From assembly GCF_038050375.1 (NCBI RefSeq), contig NZ_CP150886.1, positions 1,063,318 through 1,095,317 of the forward strand: DNA of 32,000 nucleotides. The letters run 5' to 3'. The DNA comes from Okeanomitos corallinicola TIOX110 (GTDB lineage Bacteria; Cyanobacteriota; Cyanobacteriia; Cyanobacteriales; Nostocaceae). This document shows positions 16,608 to 25,301 of this stretch, in pieces. Each line of letters opens with the position of its first letter. Position 1 is the stretch's first letter. The notes under the pieces are model-generated. The model did no database searches. It saw only the letters and a program-made list of their open reading frames with translations, and was not told where the DNA came from. Position numbers and translations under genes: made by a program.

Positions 16608-18524
16608 ATGCTTTTTTGGTTAACATTTATTCAGGCTCTACCAACTGTTGATACTCAACAAATATCATCATTACAGTTACAATCAGAAACAGAATATTCA
16701 ACCACAATTCATCCTAAATTTCCCATTTCTACTCAACCGACTTTAGCCCAAATTAACGGGGGAATTGTATTTCCGGGTGTGATAGTTTTTTTGGTGATCT
16801 TACTGTTATTAAGTCTGTTTGCTTACACCAGAGTTTATGTAGTCACACCCAATAACGAAGCATTTGTGAGAACTGGAGGATTATTTACTAAGAAGAAATC
16901 GGTAATTCTCTATGGTGGTTGTATTGTTTTACCAGGTTTTCATCAATTAACTCGTGTACCTTTACGAGAAATGTCTATTGATGTAGAACGCACTGGAAAA
17001 CTAGCAGTGAGAACCAAAGATTACCTGAGAGCAGATATTAGAGTTACATTTTATGTATGTATCAATGCCTCAGAAGATGATGTCTTAACCGCAGCGGCAA
17101 GACTATCTCAAAATGGGACAAAAATCACACCTAATGATATCAAAGATGCCTTAGAAAAAAGGGCTGATGATGCCATTAGAGCGGCTGCGAAAACAAAAGA
17201 TTTAGCAGAAATTGATTCCGATAAATTAGGTTTTGCACAGGAAGTTTTGAATTTAGTAGGAACAGATTTAAAGAAAGTAGGATTAACTTTAAATAACATT
17301 GCCATTTCGGAAATCTTAGAAAGTGTTACCTACGATCCTGATAACTTTTTTGATGCTCAAGGTGTGCGGTTACGAACGGAAATTATCCAACGTTCTATTC
17401 AACAAAAAAGAGAAGTAGAATTAGCTACCCAAGTAGCAATAGAACAAAAAGAACTAGATGCTCAAAAGCGATCGCTACAAATTGCCCAAGAACAAGAAAG
17501 TGCAAAATTAGCTCAAAAATTGCAAGTTGAAGCCATGAAAGCACAACGAGAAAGGGAAATTCAAGAAGCGAAAGATCGAGAAGCTGCGACAGTACAAAGA
17601 ACCAAAATCTTGCAAGAAAAATCCGTGGAAGAGGAAGAAATTCGCAGAAAATTAGGTTTACAACAAAGTCAAATTGAAGCGGATATTGCTTTAGAAGAAC
17701 GGAATAAACAACTCAAAGTAGCCCAAGCATTACAAAAACAAGAAGCAGAAATAGCCGAAATTTCCCGTCAACAAAGTGTGGAATCTGGTAAACTGAAAGC
17801 ACAAGTACAAATAGTAGAATCAGAAAGATTAGCGAGAATAGCGCAGGAAGATGTAGCTATAGCAATTGCTAATAAAAAACGGGAAAGTTTTGTAGCCCAA
17901 GCGGAACAAGCACAAGCGGAAGAGTCGGTAAAAACTGCCAGTGAAGTTGAAAAAGCGGAACGGGAGAAACGCCTATCTATTATTGTTGCCGAAAGAGAAG
18001 CACAGGAACGGAGTATTGGCGATCGCAACGTTGTGGAAATTGACGCTTTCCGTCGTCGTCGTCAAGCAGAAATTGCCCAGGAAGCAGCGGAATTAGAAGC
18101 AGAAGCAATTCGTATTCTTGCCGATGCAAATCGTGATAAAGACTTAGCAGAAGCTGAAGGTATTCAAGCTAAAATTACAGCGGAAAATAGCATTAGTAAT
18201 GCTAATTTAAGTGCCAAAATACTCACCACGATTTGGCCAGAATTAGCAGAAAAACTCCCAGAAATCATGACCGCTTTAGCACCACAACCAGGAGTTTTAG
18301 GAGATACTCGCATTTATTCTTTCCCCGGTGCAAACGGTAATAACGGCAGTCAAGATATAAACAAGTTGTTATTATCAACTAGCGGACTTTCTTTAATTAA
18401 CACCCTCTTGGAAGATGGGAAATTAGGTGATTTAATTGGGCAAGTTAGTCAAGCAGTAAATAATCAAAATAATCACTCAGTTACAACATCTAGTTTAAAT
18501 AATCAGGATCAACAAGTTAATTGA
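16608..18524 (+). CDS. Flotillin-like SPFH/band-7 protein (YqiK-like)
   Basis: 638 aa. A TM anchor, then an SPFH core (AFVRTGG ... VLPGFHQL ... LRADIRVTFYV), then a long E/A/Q/R-rich coiled coil, as in YqiK. It starts 17 nt after the yqiJ-like gene. Confidence 0.9.
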   Translation: MLFWLTFIQALPTVDTQQISSLQLQSETEYSTTIHPKFPISTQPTLAQINGGIVFPGVIVFLVILLLLSLFAYTRVYVVTPNNEAFVRTGGLFTKKKSVILYGGCIVLPGFHQLTRVPLREMSIDVERTGKLAVRTKDYLRADIRVTFYVCINASEDDVLTAAARLSQNGTKITPNDIKDALEKRADDAIRAAAKTKDLAEIDSDKLGFAQEVLNLVGTDLKKVGLTLNNIAISEILESVTYDPDNFFDAQGVRLRTEIIQRSIQQKREVELATQVAIEQKELDAQKRSLQIAQEQESAKLAQKLQVEAMKAQREREIQEAKDREAATVQRTKILQEKSVEEEEIRRKLGLQQSQIEADIALEERNKQLKVAQALQKQEAEIAEISRQQSVESGKLKAQVQIVESERLARIAQEDVAIAIANKKRESFVAQAEQAQAEESVKTASEVEKAEREKRLSIIVAEREAQERSIGDRNVVEIDAFRRRRQAEIAQEAAELEAEAIRILADANRDKDLAEAEGIQAKITAENSISNANLSAKILTTIWPELAEKLPEIMTALAPQPGVLGDTRIYSFPGANGNNGSQDINKLLLSTSGLSLINTLLEDGKLGDLIGQVSQAVNNQNNHSVTTSSLNNQDQQVN

Positions 18525-18541
18525 TATTTCAATTAATACCC

Positions 18542-18574
18542 AGATCCCTGACTTCTTCCAAAAGTTAGGGATCT
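18542..18574. terminator. Hairpin between convergent genes (possible bidirectional terminator)
   Basis: AGATCCCTGAC (18542-18552) pairs with GTTAGGGATCT (18564-18574) with one G-T position. There is no clean U-tract. Confidence 0.35.
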
Positions 18575-18594
18575 ACTCAATGTTAAAATATTGA

Positions 18595-18891
18595 TTAACT
18601 AGCAGTTTTTTCTTGAATTAAAACATAGGGTTCAACAATTAAAGCATTAAATCTTTTAGCGCGATCGCTGTTCCAATTTCCTAACTGTTCTGGTGTGGGT
18701 TTAGTTAGCAATTGTTCATCAATCCAATTTTGTACAGCAGGAAGATTATCACTAGCGATCGCTTCTCCCACATCCAATATATCTAAACCATCTGTGACAA
18801 CAATTATTGCATCCCTTTGAGCGTGGGGAACTAACCAATCCCATTCTGCTTCATCTAAGTTTGCTTTTAATTGTTCTTTCAAATCCGACAT
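18595..18891 (-). CDS. DUF2288-like conserved protein
   Basis: 98 aa. AEWDWLVPHAQRDAIIVV...VGEAIASDN...VQNWIDEQL fits my recollection of DUF2288. Two HIP1 sites. Confidence 0.55.
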   Translation of the reverse strand: MSDLKEQLKANLDEAEWDWLVPHAQRDAIIVVTDGLDILDVGEAIASDNLPAVQNWIDEQLLTKPTPEQLGNWNSDRAKRFNALIVEPYVLIQEKTAS

Positions 18892-18986
18892 AATTTTTCA
18901 CAATTTTTTTATTATTATAATATTGATTATACATAAAGTTGTGAACTTTTAGTCATTAATTGTTAGTCATTTTCACGCCAACTTAC

Positions 18987-19625
18987 TTATCTTCCTAAGT
19001 CGTGCATTTGATTAATTACATCTGCACATTTGTTAGTAACACTTTCTAATTCATCCTTTCTTGTGGAAGTTGGTGCATCAATTAATTCACCAATTCTAAT
19101 AGTCATCGGAACTTTACGAGGAATAGGCGAACCTTTTTGAAGCACCTTTTCACTTCCCCATAAACTCACCGGTAATAAAGGTGCTTTTGCTTTTGCTGCT
19201 AACAATGCAGCACCTCTTTTAGGGTCATGAATACGACCATCTTCTGTCCGAGTTCCTTCTAAGAACACACCCACAGCCCAACCGTTTTCTAAATATTCCA
19301 AAGCGGCTCGAATAGCCCCACGGTCAGCACTACCACGACTAACAGGATAAGCACCGTATAATTTAATTGCTTGGGCTAAAACAGGCACTTTAAATAATTC
19401 TTCCTTAGCCATGTATGCAACTGGCCGACGGATGCAATTAGCAACTATGGGAGGATCAAAGTAACTTGCATGGTTACTGACTACCACCACAGAACCAGTT
19501 TTGGGGACATTTTCCACCCCATAGATTTTCCCCCCAAAGTAAGCGTGTAGCATGGGGCTAACTACTGACCACTTGAAAGCGTGGTAAAGTGCCAAACTAA
19601 TAAAGGGTTCGCGTTCTCTGGTCAC
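18987..19625 (-). CDS. plsC: 1-acyl-sn-glycerol-3-phosphate acyltransferase
   Basis: 212 aa with a GTG start. HX4D motif NHASYFD, and FLEGTR and PLLPV blocks typical of the PlsC family. Confidence 0.9.
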   Translation of the reverse strand: MTREREPFISLALYHAFKWSVVSPMLHAYFGGKIYGVENVPKTGSVVVVSNHASYFDPPIVANCIRRPVAYMAKEELFKVPVLAQAIKLYGAYPVSRGSADRGAIRAALEYLENGWAVGVFLEGTRTEDGRIHDPKRGAALLAAKAKAPLLPVSLWGSEKVLQKGSPIPRKVPMTIRIGELIDAPTSTRKDELESVTNKCADVINQMHDLGR

Positions 19626-19687
19626 GGATAATAATTTGAATAGGACTATGGTCTAGGATAAGCTATGGCGATCACTTTGCGTTAGTC
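19552..19687. repeat. Direct repeat copy A (plsC codons 1-25 plus about 62 bp upstream)
   Basis: Aligns colinearly with 21093-21228, with about 12-13 mismatches over about 137 bp by eye. Confidence 0.9.
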
Positions 19688-19793
19688 AAACCCATCATTT
19701 AGAAACACCAAAGTACATTTCAGGTACATAAATTACAAAGTATTCAGAAGAAAGCCTCATGCTCAGAAACTTTCAACCTTCTGTTCCTACTAC

Positions 19794-20912
19794 CTAATTC
19801 TCTGCTGCATTCTTAATCGCAGAGTCTTGATCTGGAATCAGACAGTTTACGGACTTGTTTCCAGACCAATCTGTAAAAGTATGATCATCTTTGTAATGTC
19901 GGGGTGTGGTTAGCATCAATTGCCATGCCTGACCAGCACTCAATAAATTGAAACGCTCAGGATAATATGTTTTTAGCAAATCTTGTACCATTGGCGCATA
20001 ATCTGAATTTAATCCAGGGAAAATATGATGCTCGGTATGGTAAGAAAAGTTAAAATGTAATAGATCAAATAGTGGATGAACCCGTATAGAAAGACTATTG
20101 ATCAACACATCATTTACCTTGGTCATGGGGCATAACAAATGATTCGTATAGATATAAAAAATTACACCTGCATAACCTATCCAAATTGGTAAAAAGTAAC
20201 TGAGGAGAAGTTTGAGAGGATGAAATTCCAGACAAGTTAAAATGCTGGCATGAATGCCAATAATGATTAATAACTCTAGAGCAATTGTCCGTCTTTCCTT
20301 CTCAGTTACAGTAAAAGCCACTACCGGGTATTGGGTTTTGCCATTATTAAAAAATAACACTGAGGTCAAATTACGAAATGCGTGAACTCCCCAAGCATGA
20401 CCCATACCAATTACTAATAAGATGGAATTAACTTCAGCCGAAGGAACAAAAGCATTCTGAATCCATTTCCCCCAAGTTTTAGGTTGACTATCTAAATAAT
20501 TGCGATCAGGATCTTGCAAAGAATTGGTTTTATTGTGATGTTCTCGGTTATGTACTGCTTTCCATAAAGTTGGTGGCATCCATAACATTGTTAGTCCCAA
20601 TAAACTAATTACTTTCTTCAACCAAGGATTTCTAATTGTGCGGCTGTGTAATAAATCATGGGTGCTAAAAAGAAGGACAATCACACTATTACCCATCACT
20701 AATGACAGTGGTAAATAAAGCCAAATAAAATACCACTTCCAATCATCCAGATGATTGGCAATTCCCCAACCCATGATCAAAATTGCTAGATTAATTAACA
20801 AAATAAATACTTTATTTTTGTCAGGTAAAAATGCCTCTGTTGGTAGTAAAGGACGCAACTTTTTAGCATAGTCAGCTTGCGTCATCCAAATTGTTTGATT
20901 GACAGTATTCAT
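19794..20912 (-). CDS. Membrane fatty-acid desaturase family protein (regiospecificity unknown)
   Basis: 372 aa. Three histidine boxes (HDLLH, HNREHH, HTEHH) and multiple TM helices. Confidence 0.9.
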   Translation of the reverse strand: MNTVNQTIWMTQADYAKKLRPLLPTEAFLPDKNKVFILLINLAILIMGWGIANHLDDWKWYFIWLYLPLSLVMGNSVIVLLFSTHDLLHSRTIRNPWLKKVISLLGLTMLWMPPTLWKAVHNREHHNKTNSLQDPDRNYLDSQPKTWGKWIQNAFVPSAEVNSILLVIGMGHAWGVHAFRNLTSVLFFNNGKTQYPVVAFTVTEKERRTIALELLIIIGIHASILTCLEFHPLKLLLSYFLPIWIGYAGVIFYIYTNHLLCPMTKVNDVLINSLSIRVHPLFDLLHFNFSYHTEHHIFPGLNSDYAPMVQDLLKTYYPERFNLLSAGQAWQLMLTTPRHYKDDHTFTDWSGNKSVNCLIPDQDSAIKNAAEN

Positions 20913-21092
20913 GAAGATTGTTTTTTTGAAAGGGATATTATGCTGGATTTTCAGTAATGTTCAGGAAGTGTAAGCTTGATTTTTATAAATTACATGGCTT
21001 TAATTCACAGCTAAACAGCAAAGTAAGAGAACCTTGTTCGGGAAATACCCACGCAGTTTTTGTTATTTGTCCTTATTCGTCAGTAGTTAGTT

Positions 21093-21228
21093 ATGGGGCT
21101 AACCACCAAACACTTAAAAGCGTGGTAAAGTGCCAAACTAATCAAGAGTTCGCGTTCTCTGGTCACGGATAATAATTTGAATAGGACTATGGTCTAGAAT
21201 AAGCTATGGCGATCGCTTTTTGTTAGTT
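21093..21228. repeat. Direct repeat copy B (a decayed copy of the plsC 5' end plus upstream region)
   Basis: It contains GTG-TRERELLISLALYHAFKCLVVSPITNY-stop on the minus strand (21080-21166), a 28-codon relic of the plsC N-terminus. It carries an intact HIP1 site where copy A has GCGATCAC. Confidence 0.9.
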
Positions 21229-21459
21229 AATTGGGGTAAATTTAAGACTTGAACGGGTTAAATGATATATAAATTGTTAATATCTTCTGTTTACAGTAGT
21301 CTGTGACAAGCCAGAGCTTTATTTATAAAATAGACATTTCCGAGAATTAAATGCGCGTGAATTAAAACTCTTGTAGAGGCGTTTTATTGATGTACTTTTA
21401 TTTTATAGTAGAAGTTAGGACTCAAAAGAATAATAAATATTAGCAATAACTAATTACCG

Positions 21460-23514
21460 ATGACAAATGACAAACCTATTCAACGTTTACCTCTTCAACG
21501 TTGGCAAATTGCCCCAGCAAATATTGAATTAGCCGAAAAACTAGCGAATGTAAGTAATATATCCCCCATTATCAGCCAGTTGTTAATTAATCGGGGTATG
21601 GAAACACCAGAAACAGCAGCAAAATTTATCAATCCTGAATCTTTAAATTTACCTTCTCCTTGGGAAGATTTCCCAGATTTAGCTATCAGTGTAGAATTAT
21701 TAGAAACTGCTATTACTAATCAAGAAAAAATCGCTATTTGTGGTGATTATGATGCCGATGGTATGACTAGCACGGCTTTATTATTACGCAGTCTCCGCGC
21801 TTTAGGTGCAAATGTTGATTATGCTATTCCCAGTCGGATGCACGAAGGTTATGGTATTAATCAACGAATTGTGGAAGAATTCAAAAGTGAAGGTGTAGGT
21901 TTAATTCTCACGGTAGATAATGGTATTGCTGCTTTTGAACCGATTGCTAGAGCTAAAGAATTAGGCTTAAAAGTTATTATTACAGATCATCATGATCTTC
22001 CCCAAAATTTACCTCCTGCTGATGCAATTCTCAACCCGAAATTAATCGCCGAATCTTCCCCTTACCGTGGTGTAGCTGGTGTAGGAGTTGCCTATATTTT
22101 AGCTGTCTCTTTAGCCCAACAAATGGGAGAGTTAAAAGGTTTAGTTAAACCCATGTTGGCTTTATTTACATTAGGAACTATTGCTGATTTAGCTCCTTTA
22201 ACTGGTGTAAATCGGCGGTGGGTAAAACGGGGTTTAAAGTTATTACCTAAATCTACTGTACCCGGAGTAGAAGCTTTAATTCAAGTTGCTGGAGTCCAAG
22301 CAAGTGAAGGGGAAAACCATCAAAATCCTAAAAATTCTAAATCTTTAAAACCTGATGATATTGGTTTTCGCTTGGGTCCCAGAATCAATGCTATTGGTAG
22401 AATTGGCAACCCGCAAACTGTGATAGAATTGCTAACTACCGATGATATAGGAATTGCTCTAGAAAGAGCAATGCAGTGTGAACAAATCAACTCTGAACGT
22501 CAAAAAATGTGCGGAGAAATCGAACAGGAAGCGATCGCACTGGTGGAAGATTTATATGTAGAAAATTTACACAAAGACAGGATTTTAGTTGTTATCAAAG
22601 ATAATTGGCATCATGGAGTAATTGGTATTGTCGCTTCTCGACTATTAGAACGTTATGGAGTTCCAGTTTTTATTGGTACTTTTGAAAATGACAATATGAT
22701 TCGTGGTTCCGCGCGAGGAATACCGGAATTTAATGTATTTGATGCTTTAGAATATAGTCATGATTTGTTAGGTAAATATGGAGGACATAAAGCCGCGGGA
22801 GGATTTTCTTTACCAGTAGATAATTTACCAGCTTTGCGATCGCGTTTATCGGAATTTGCTAATCAATGTTTAGAAATTCAACACCTCAAACCTTTACTAA
22901 AAATAGATGCTCAAGCAAATTTTAATCAAATTAATCAAGATTTATTCCAACAATTAAATATTCTCCATCCTTGCGGGATTGAAAACCCAGATCCTGTATT
23001 TTGGACTCCTGATGTTCAAGTAATTCAACAGCAAACTGTGGGTAAAAGTAGAGATCACCTGAAAGTAATCTTAGCTCAAACTATAGATAATCAAAGATAT
23101 GAAATTAAAGGGATAGCTTGGCGTTGGGGTGATTATTTTCCCCTACCAACAAGATTAGATGTTGCTTATAAACTACGGGAAAATAACTTTAATGGTAACA
23201 ATAATATTGAAATGGAATTAGTTGGTGTCAGACTTCCCCAACAGGTGGAAAAATTATTTACTACACCAAAATTTTCTCAACCGACAAAATTTGCATATAA
23301 ACAACGTGAATACACCTGTGGAATTTATCAAAACGGTGCGGATTCAGAATTAAGAATTAAAAATAGCGCAGGTAAGGTATTAGTTATGCAGCCAGAAAAT
23401 AAACTAGGTTTGTTAGGTGTCAATCGTGACAATGCCAAAGCAGTAGATTTATCTTTACCTCAATATGATGGTATTATTCAAGCTGCTATTCAGGCTTTAT
23501 CCGGGAATAGGTGA
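21460..23514 (+). CDS. recJ: Single-stranded-DNA-specific exonuclease RecJ
   Basis: 684 aa. DHH motifs (CGDYDADGMTS, VDNG, ITDHH) and the DHHA1 GGH motif (GGHKAAGG). Confidence 0.95.
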   Translation: MTNDKPIQRLPLQRWQIAPANIELAEKLANVSNISPIISQLLINRGMETPETAAKFINPESLNLPSPWEDFPDLAISVELLETAITNQEKIAICGDYDADGMTSTALLLRSLRALGANVDYAIPSRMHEGYGINQRIVEEFKSEGVGLILTVDNGIAAFEPIARAKELGLKVIITDHHDLPQNLPPADAILNPKLIAESSPYRGVAGVGVAYILAVSLAQQMGELKGLVKPMLALFTLGTIADLAPLTGVNRRWVKRGLKLLPKSTVPGVEALIQVAGVQASEGENHQNPKNSKSLKPDDIGFRLGPRINAIGRIGNPQTVIELLTTDDIGIALERAMQCEQINSERQKMCGEIEQEAIALVEDLYVENLHKDRILVVIKDNWHHGVIGIVASRLLERYGVPVFIGTFENDNMIRGSARGIPEFNVFDALEYSHDLLGKYGGHKAAGGFSLPVDNLPALRSRLSEFANQCLEIQHLKPLLKIDAQANFNQINQDLFQQLNILHPCGIENPDPVFWTPDVQVIQQQTVGKSRDHLKVILAQTIDNQRYEIKGIAWRWGDYFPLPTRLDVAYKLRENNFNGNNNIEMELVGVRLPQQVEKLFTTPKFSQPTKFAYKQREYTCGIYQNGADSELRIKNSAGKVLVMQPENKLGLLGVNRDNAKAVDLSLPQYDGIIQAAIQALSGNR

Positions 23515-23561
23515 TAGGTGGCAGTAAAGAAGTTTTTACCAATTACCCATCACCCACTACC
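23503..23561. repeat. Two short STRR heptamer blocks in inverted orientation between convergent recJ and psb30
   Basis: gggaata ggtgata ggtggca (23503-23523, overlapping the recJ stop) and ttacc aattacc catcacc cactacc (23536-23561). GGTGATAGG can pair with CCCATCACC with one mismatch. Confidence 0.7.
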
Positions 23562-23565
23562 TAAT

Positions 23566-23685
23566 TTACAGGTTGCCTTTACGAAACGCGAGAACAAAAA
23601 TTACAGCAGGTCCTGCAATTACAATCAATCCTACACAGGTTAATTGAAACACTACTTCCCAATTAACATTAGCTAAAGCTTCCAT
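23566..23685 (-). CDS. psb30: Photosystem II reaction centre protein Psb30 (Ycf12)
   Basis: 39-aa ORF missing from the supplied track: [39 protein letters not shown]. The C-terminal AGPxVIxxLAxRxGNL signature is the Ycf12 hallmark. GGAGG lies 5 nt upstream of the ATG. Confidence 0.85.
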   Translation of the reverse strand: MEALANVNWEVVFQLTCVGLIVIAGPAVIFVLAFRKGNL

Positions 23686-23880
23686 TTTTCCTCCAAGCTG
23701 TTTTAAAAAATTTAATAACTCAAGTGCAAAGCCCGCCATAGATCATATCTGGATCGGGGCAGCTATTTTTAAGTTACTTAACAAAATTATAGGAAAATAC
23801 ATGAATATGTAAACTAGGTCATTGGGTTATTCATTTCCCCCTTGTCCCTGACTGAATTCTTGAACTCTCAGAGGTAAATT

Positions 23881-24231
23881 ATGGCTACTTGGCAATGTGT
23901 AAAACAGTGTGGTGCTTGCTGTCATCTTGACCCGACAGAGCGCCCAGAATTGGAAGAATATCTCACTCCAGAGGAACTAGGACTTTATTTGAGTATGGTG
24001 GGTGAAGATGGCTGGTGTGTGAACTTTGACCAAGAAACGAGAGAATGTACCATTTATGCAGATCGTCCTCGTTTCTGTCGGGTGCAGGTAGAGACATTTG
24101 AAGATATGTTTGGCATTGAAGCGGAAGAACTGAACGATTTTGCTATTGACTGCTGTCATCAACACATTGAAAGTATTTATGGCGATCGCAGTTTAGAGCA
24201 AATCCGGTTTAATCAAGCGGTTGGGTTTTAA
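23881..24231 (+). CDS. YkgJ family cysteine-cluster protein (UPF0153)
   Basis: 116 aa. CxxCGACC at the N-terminus plus a second cluster (WCVNF...ECTIYADRPRFCR). Confidence 0.8.
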   Translation: MATWQCVKQCGACCHLDPTERPELEEYLTPEELGLYLSMVGEDGWCVNFDQETRECTIYADRPRFCRVQVETFEDMFGIEAEELNDFAIDCCHQHIESIYGDRSLEQIRFNQAVGF

Positions 24232-24289
24232 TTTAAATTTGAATTTAAATTTGAACTAGAATTTAAATTTTAAATTTTTACCTGTAAAA
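24229..24289. repeat. AT-only phased repeat (AATTTAAATTTG-like units)
   Basis: taatttaaatttg aatttaaatttg aactag aatttaaatttt aaattttt, directly after the ykgJ-like stop. Confidence 0.7.
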
Positions 24290-24343
24290 GTTGCAATTTA
24301 TAACAATATTATGAGAAAATGAGAACAATATGAAAATAACTTA

Positions 24344-24736
24344 GTGACAGGACTAACACCTGTGAAACTTGACTCTAAAACTGTGAGTATTACTGAAATT
24401 GAAACCCAGTCCCCAACAAAAGAAAATACTGATCATCCTCAACACAAAAAGCAGGAATCAGTCTGGATGGTGTTGGGAACAACCTTTATTACAATATTTT
24501 TAGCGGAAATTGGTGATAAAACTCAACTATCCACCCTATTAATGAGTGCGGAATCCCATGCACCTTGGGTAGTTTTCCTGGGTTCAGCAGTTGCTCTCAT
24601 CACTACCAGTTTACTAGGTGTTTTACTTGGTGGTTTTATTGCCAGTAAACTCAGTCCTAAAACTGTAGAAAAATCAGCAGGGGTAATCTTGCTATTGATT
24701 TCCCTGATGTTGGTGTGGGATGTAATTCAAGGTTAA
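24344..24736 (+). CDS. UPF0016 (GDT1/TMEM165/Mnx) family half-size membrane protein, first of a pair
   Basis: 130 aa. The signature EIGDKTQL lies in the first TM helix. The track start is GTG at 24344; an in-frame ATG at 24467 (MVLGTTFITIFLAEIGDKTQ) is a plausible alternative start. Confidence 0.8.
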   Translation: MTGLTPVKLDSKTVSITEIETQSPTKENTDHPQHKKQESVWMVLGTTFITIFLAEIGDKTQLSTLLMSAESHAPWVVFLGSAVALITTSLLGVLLGGFIASKLSPKTVEKSAGVILLLISLMLVWDVIQG

Positions 24737-24833
24737 ATATTCAAATCTCAAACTCATACTCTCTGCGCCTCTGCGTGAAATAATCAATTCACACCTTCAC
24801 TCACCAACACTCAAAATTTTATCAATCAAACCT

Positions 24834-25121
24834 ATGGAATGGAATCTTTTAGGACTAAGCTTTATTACGGTTTTTCTCTCAGAATTAGGAGATAAAAGCC
24901 AGTTAGCAGCGATCGCATTATCTGGCCAAGGTCAATCTCGTAAAGCTATATTTTTTGGGACAGCAGGTGCTTTAGTATTAACCAGTTTACTAGGAGCATT
25001 AGCGGGGGGAGCAGTTGCAGAATTCCTTCCTACCAGGATTTTAAAAGCGATCGCTGCTTTAGGATTTGCAATTTTAGCCATTCGTCTACTGTTACCCGGT
25101 AAGGAAGAAGAAACCGAATGA
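24834..25121 (+). CDS. UPF0016 (GDT1/TMEM165/Mnx) family half-size membrane protein, second of a pair
   Basis: 95 aa. Signature ELGDKSQLA, three TM helices and two HIP1 sites. Confidence 0.8.
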   Translation: MEWNLLGLSFITVFLSELGDKSQLAAIALSGQGQSRKAIFFGTAGALVLTSLLGALAGGAVAEFLPTRILKAIAALGFAILAIRLLLPGKEEETE

Positions 25122-25301
25122 AGGATTGAGAACGCATTTACGAGAATTTGGTTTTATAATGCTTGTGCTGCTTAATCAACATGAATTAGTTTTTTTGTCA
25201 ATGCGTAACTCCTATGTATCTATATTTGTAACTTGCAGCCATAAAGACTACATTTTTTCTTTAAAACTACCACTATTGAGCATTTTATAGTTCCAAAAAA
25301 C

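Noticed and set aside
21079-21110. Quasi-palindrome at the inner edge of repeat copy B (GTCAGTAGTTAG next to CTAACCACCAAAC) as evidence for hairpin-mediated duplication
   Set aside because: The pairing is imperfect and its interpretation too speculative. I mention it only as a detail to examine if the junctions are studied.
20957-21172. 71-aa plus-strand ORF upstream of the desaturase
   Set aside because: Its 3' half is the antisense of the duplicated plsC 5' relic. It is most simply a by-product of the duplication.
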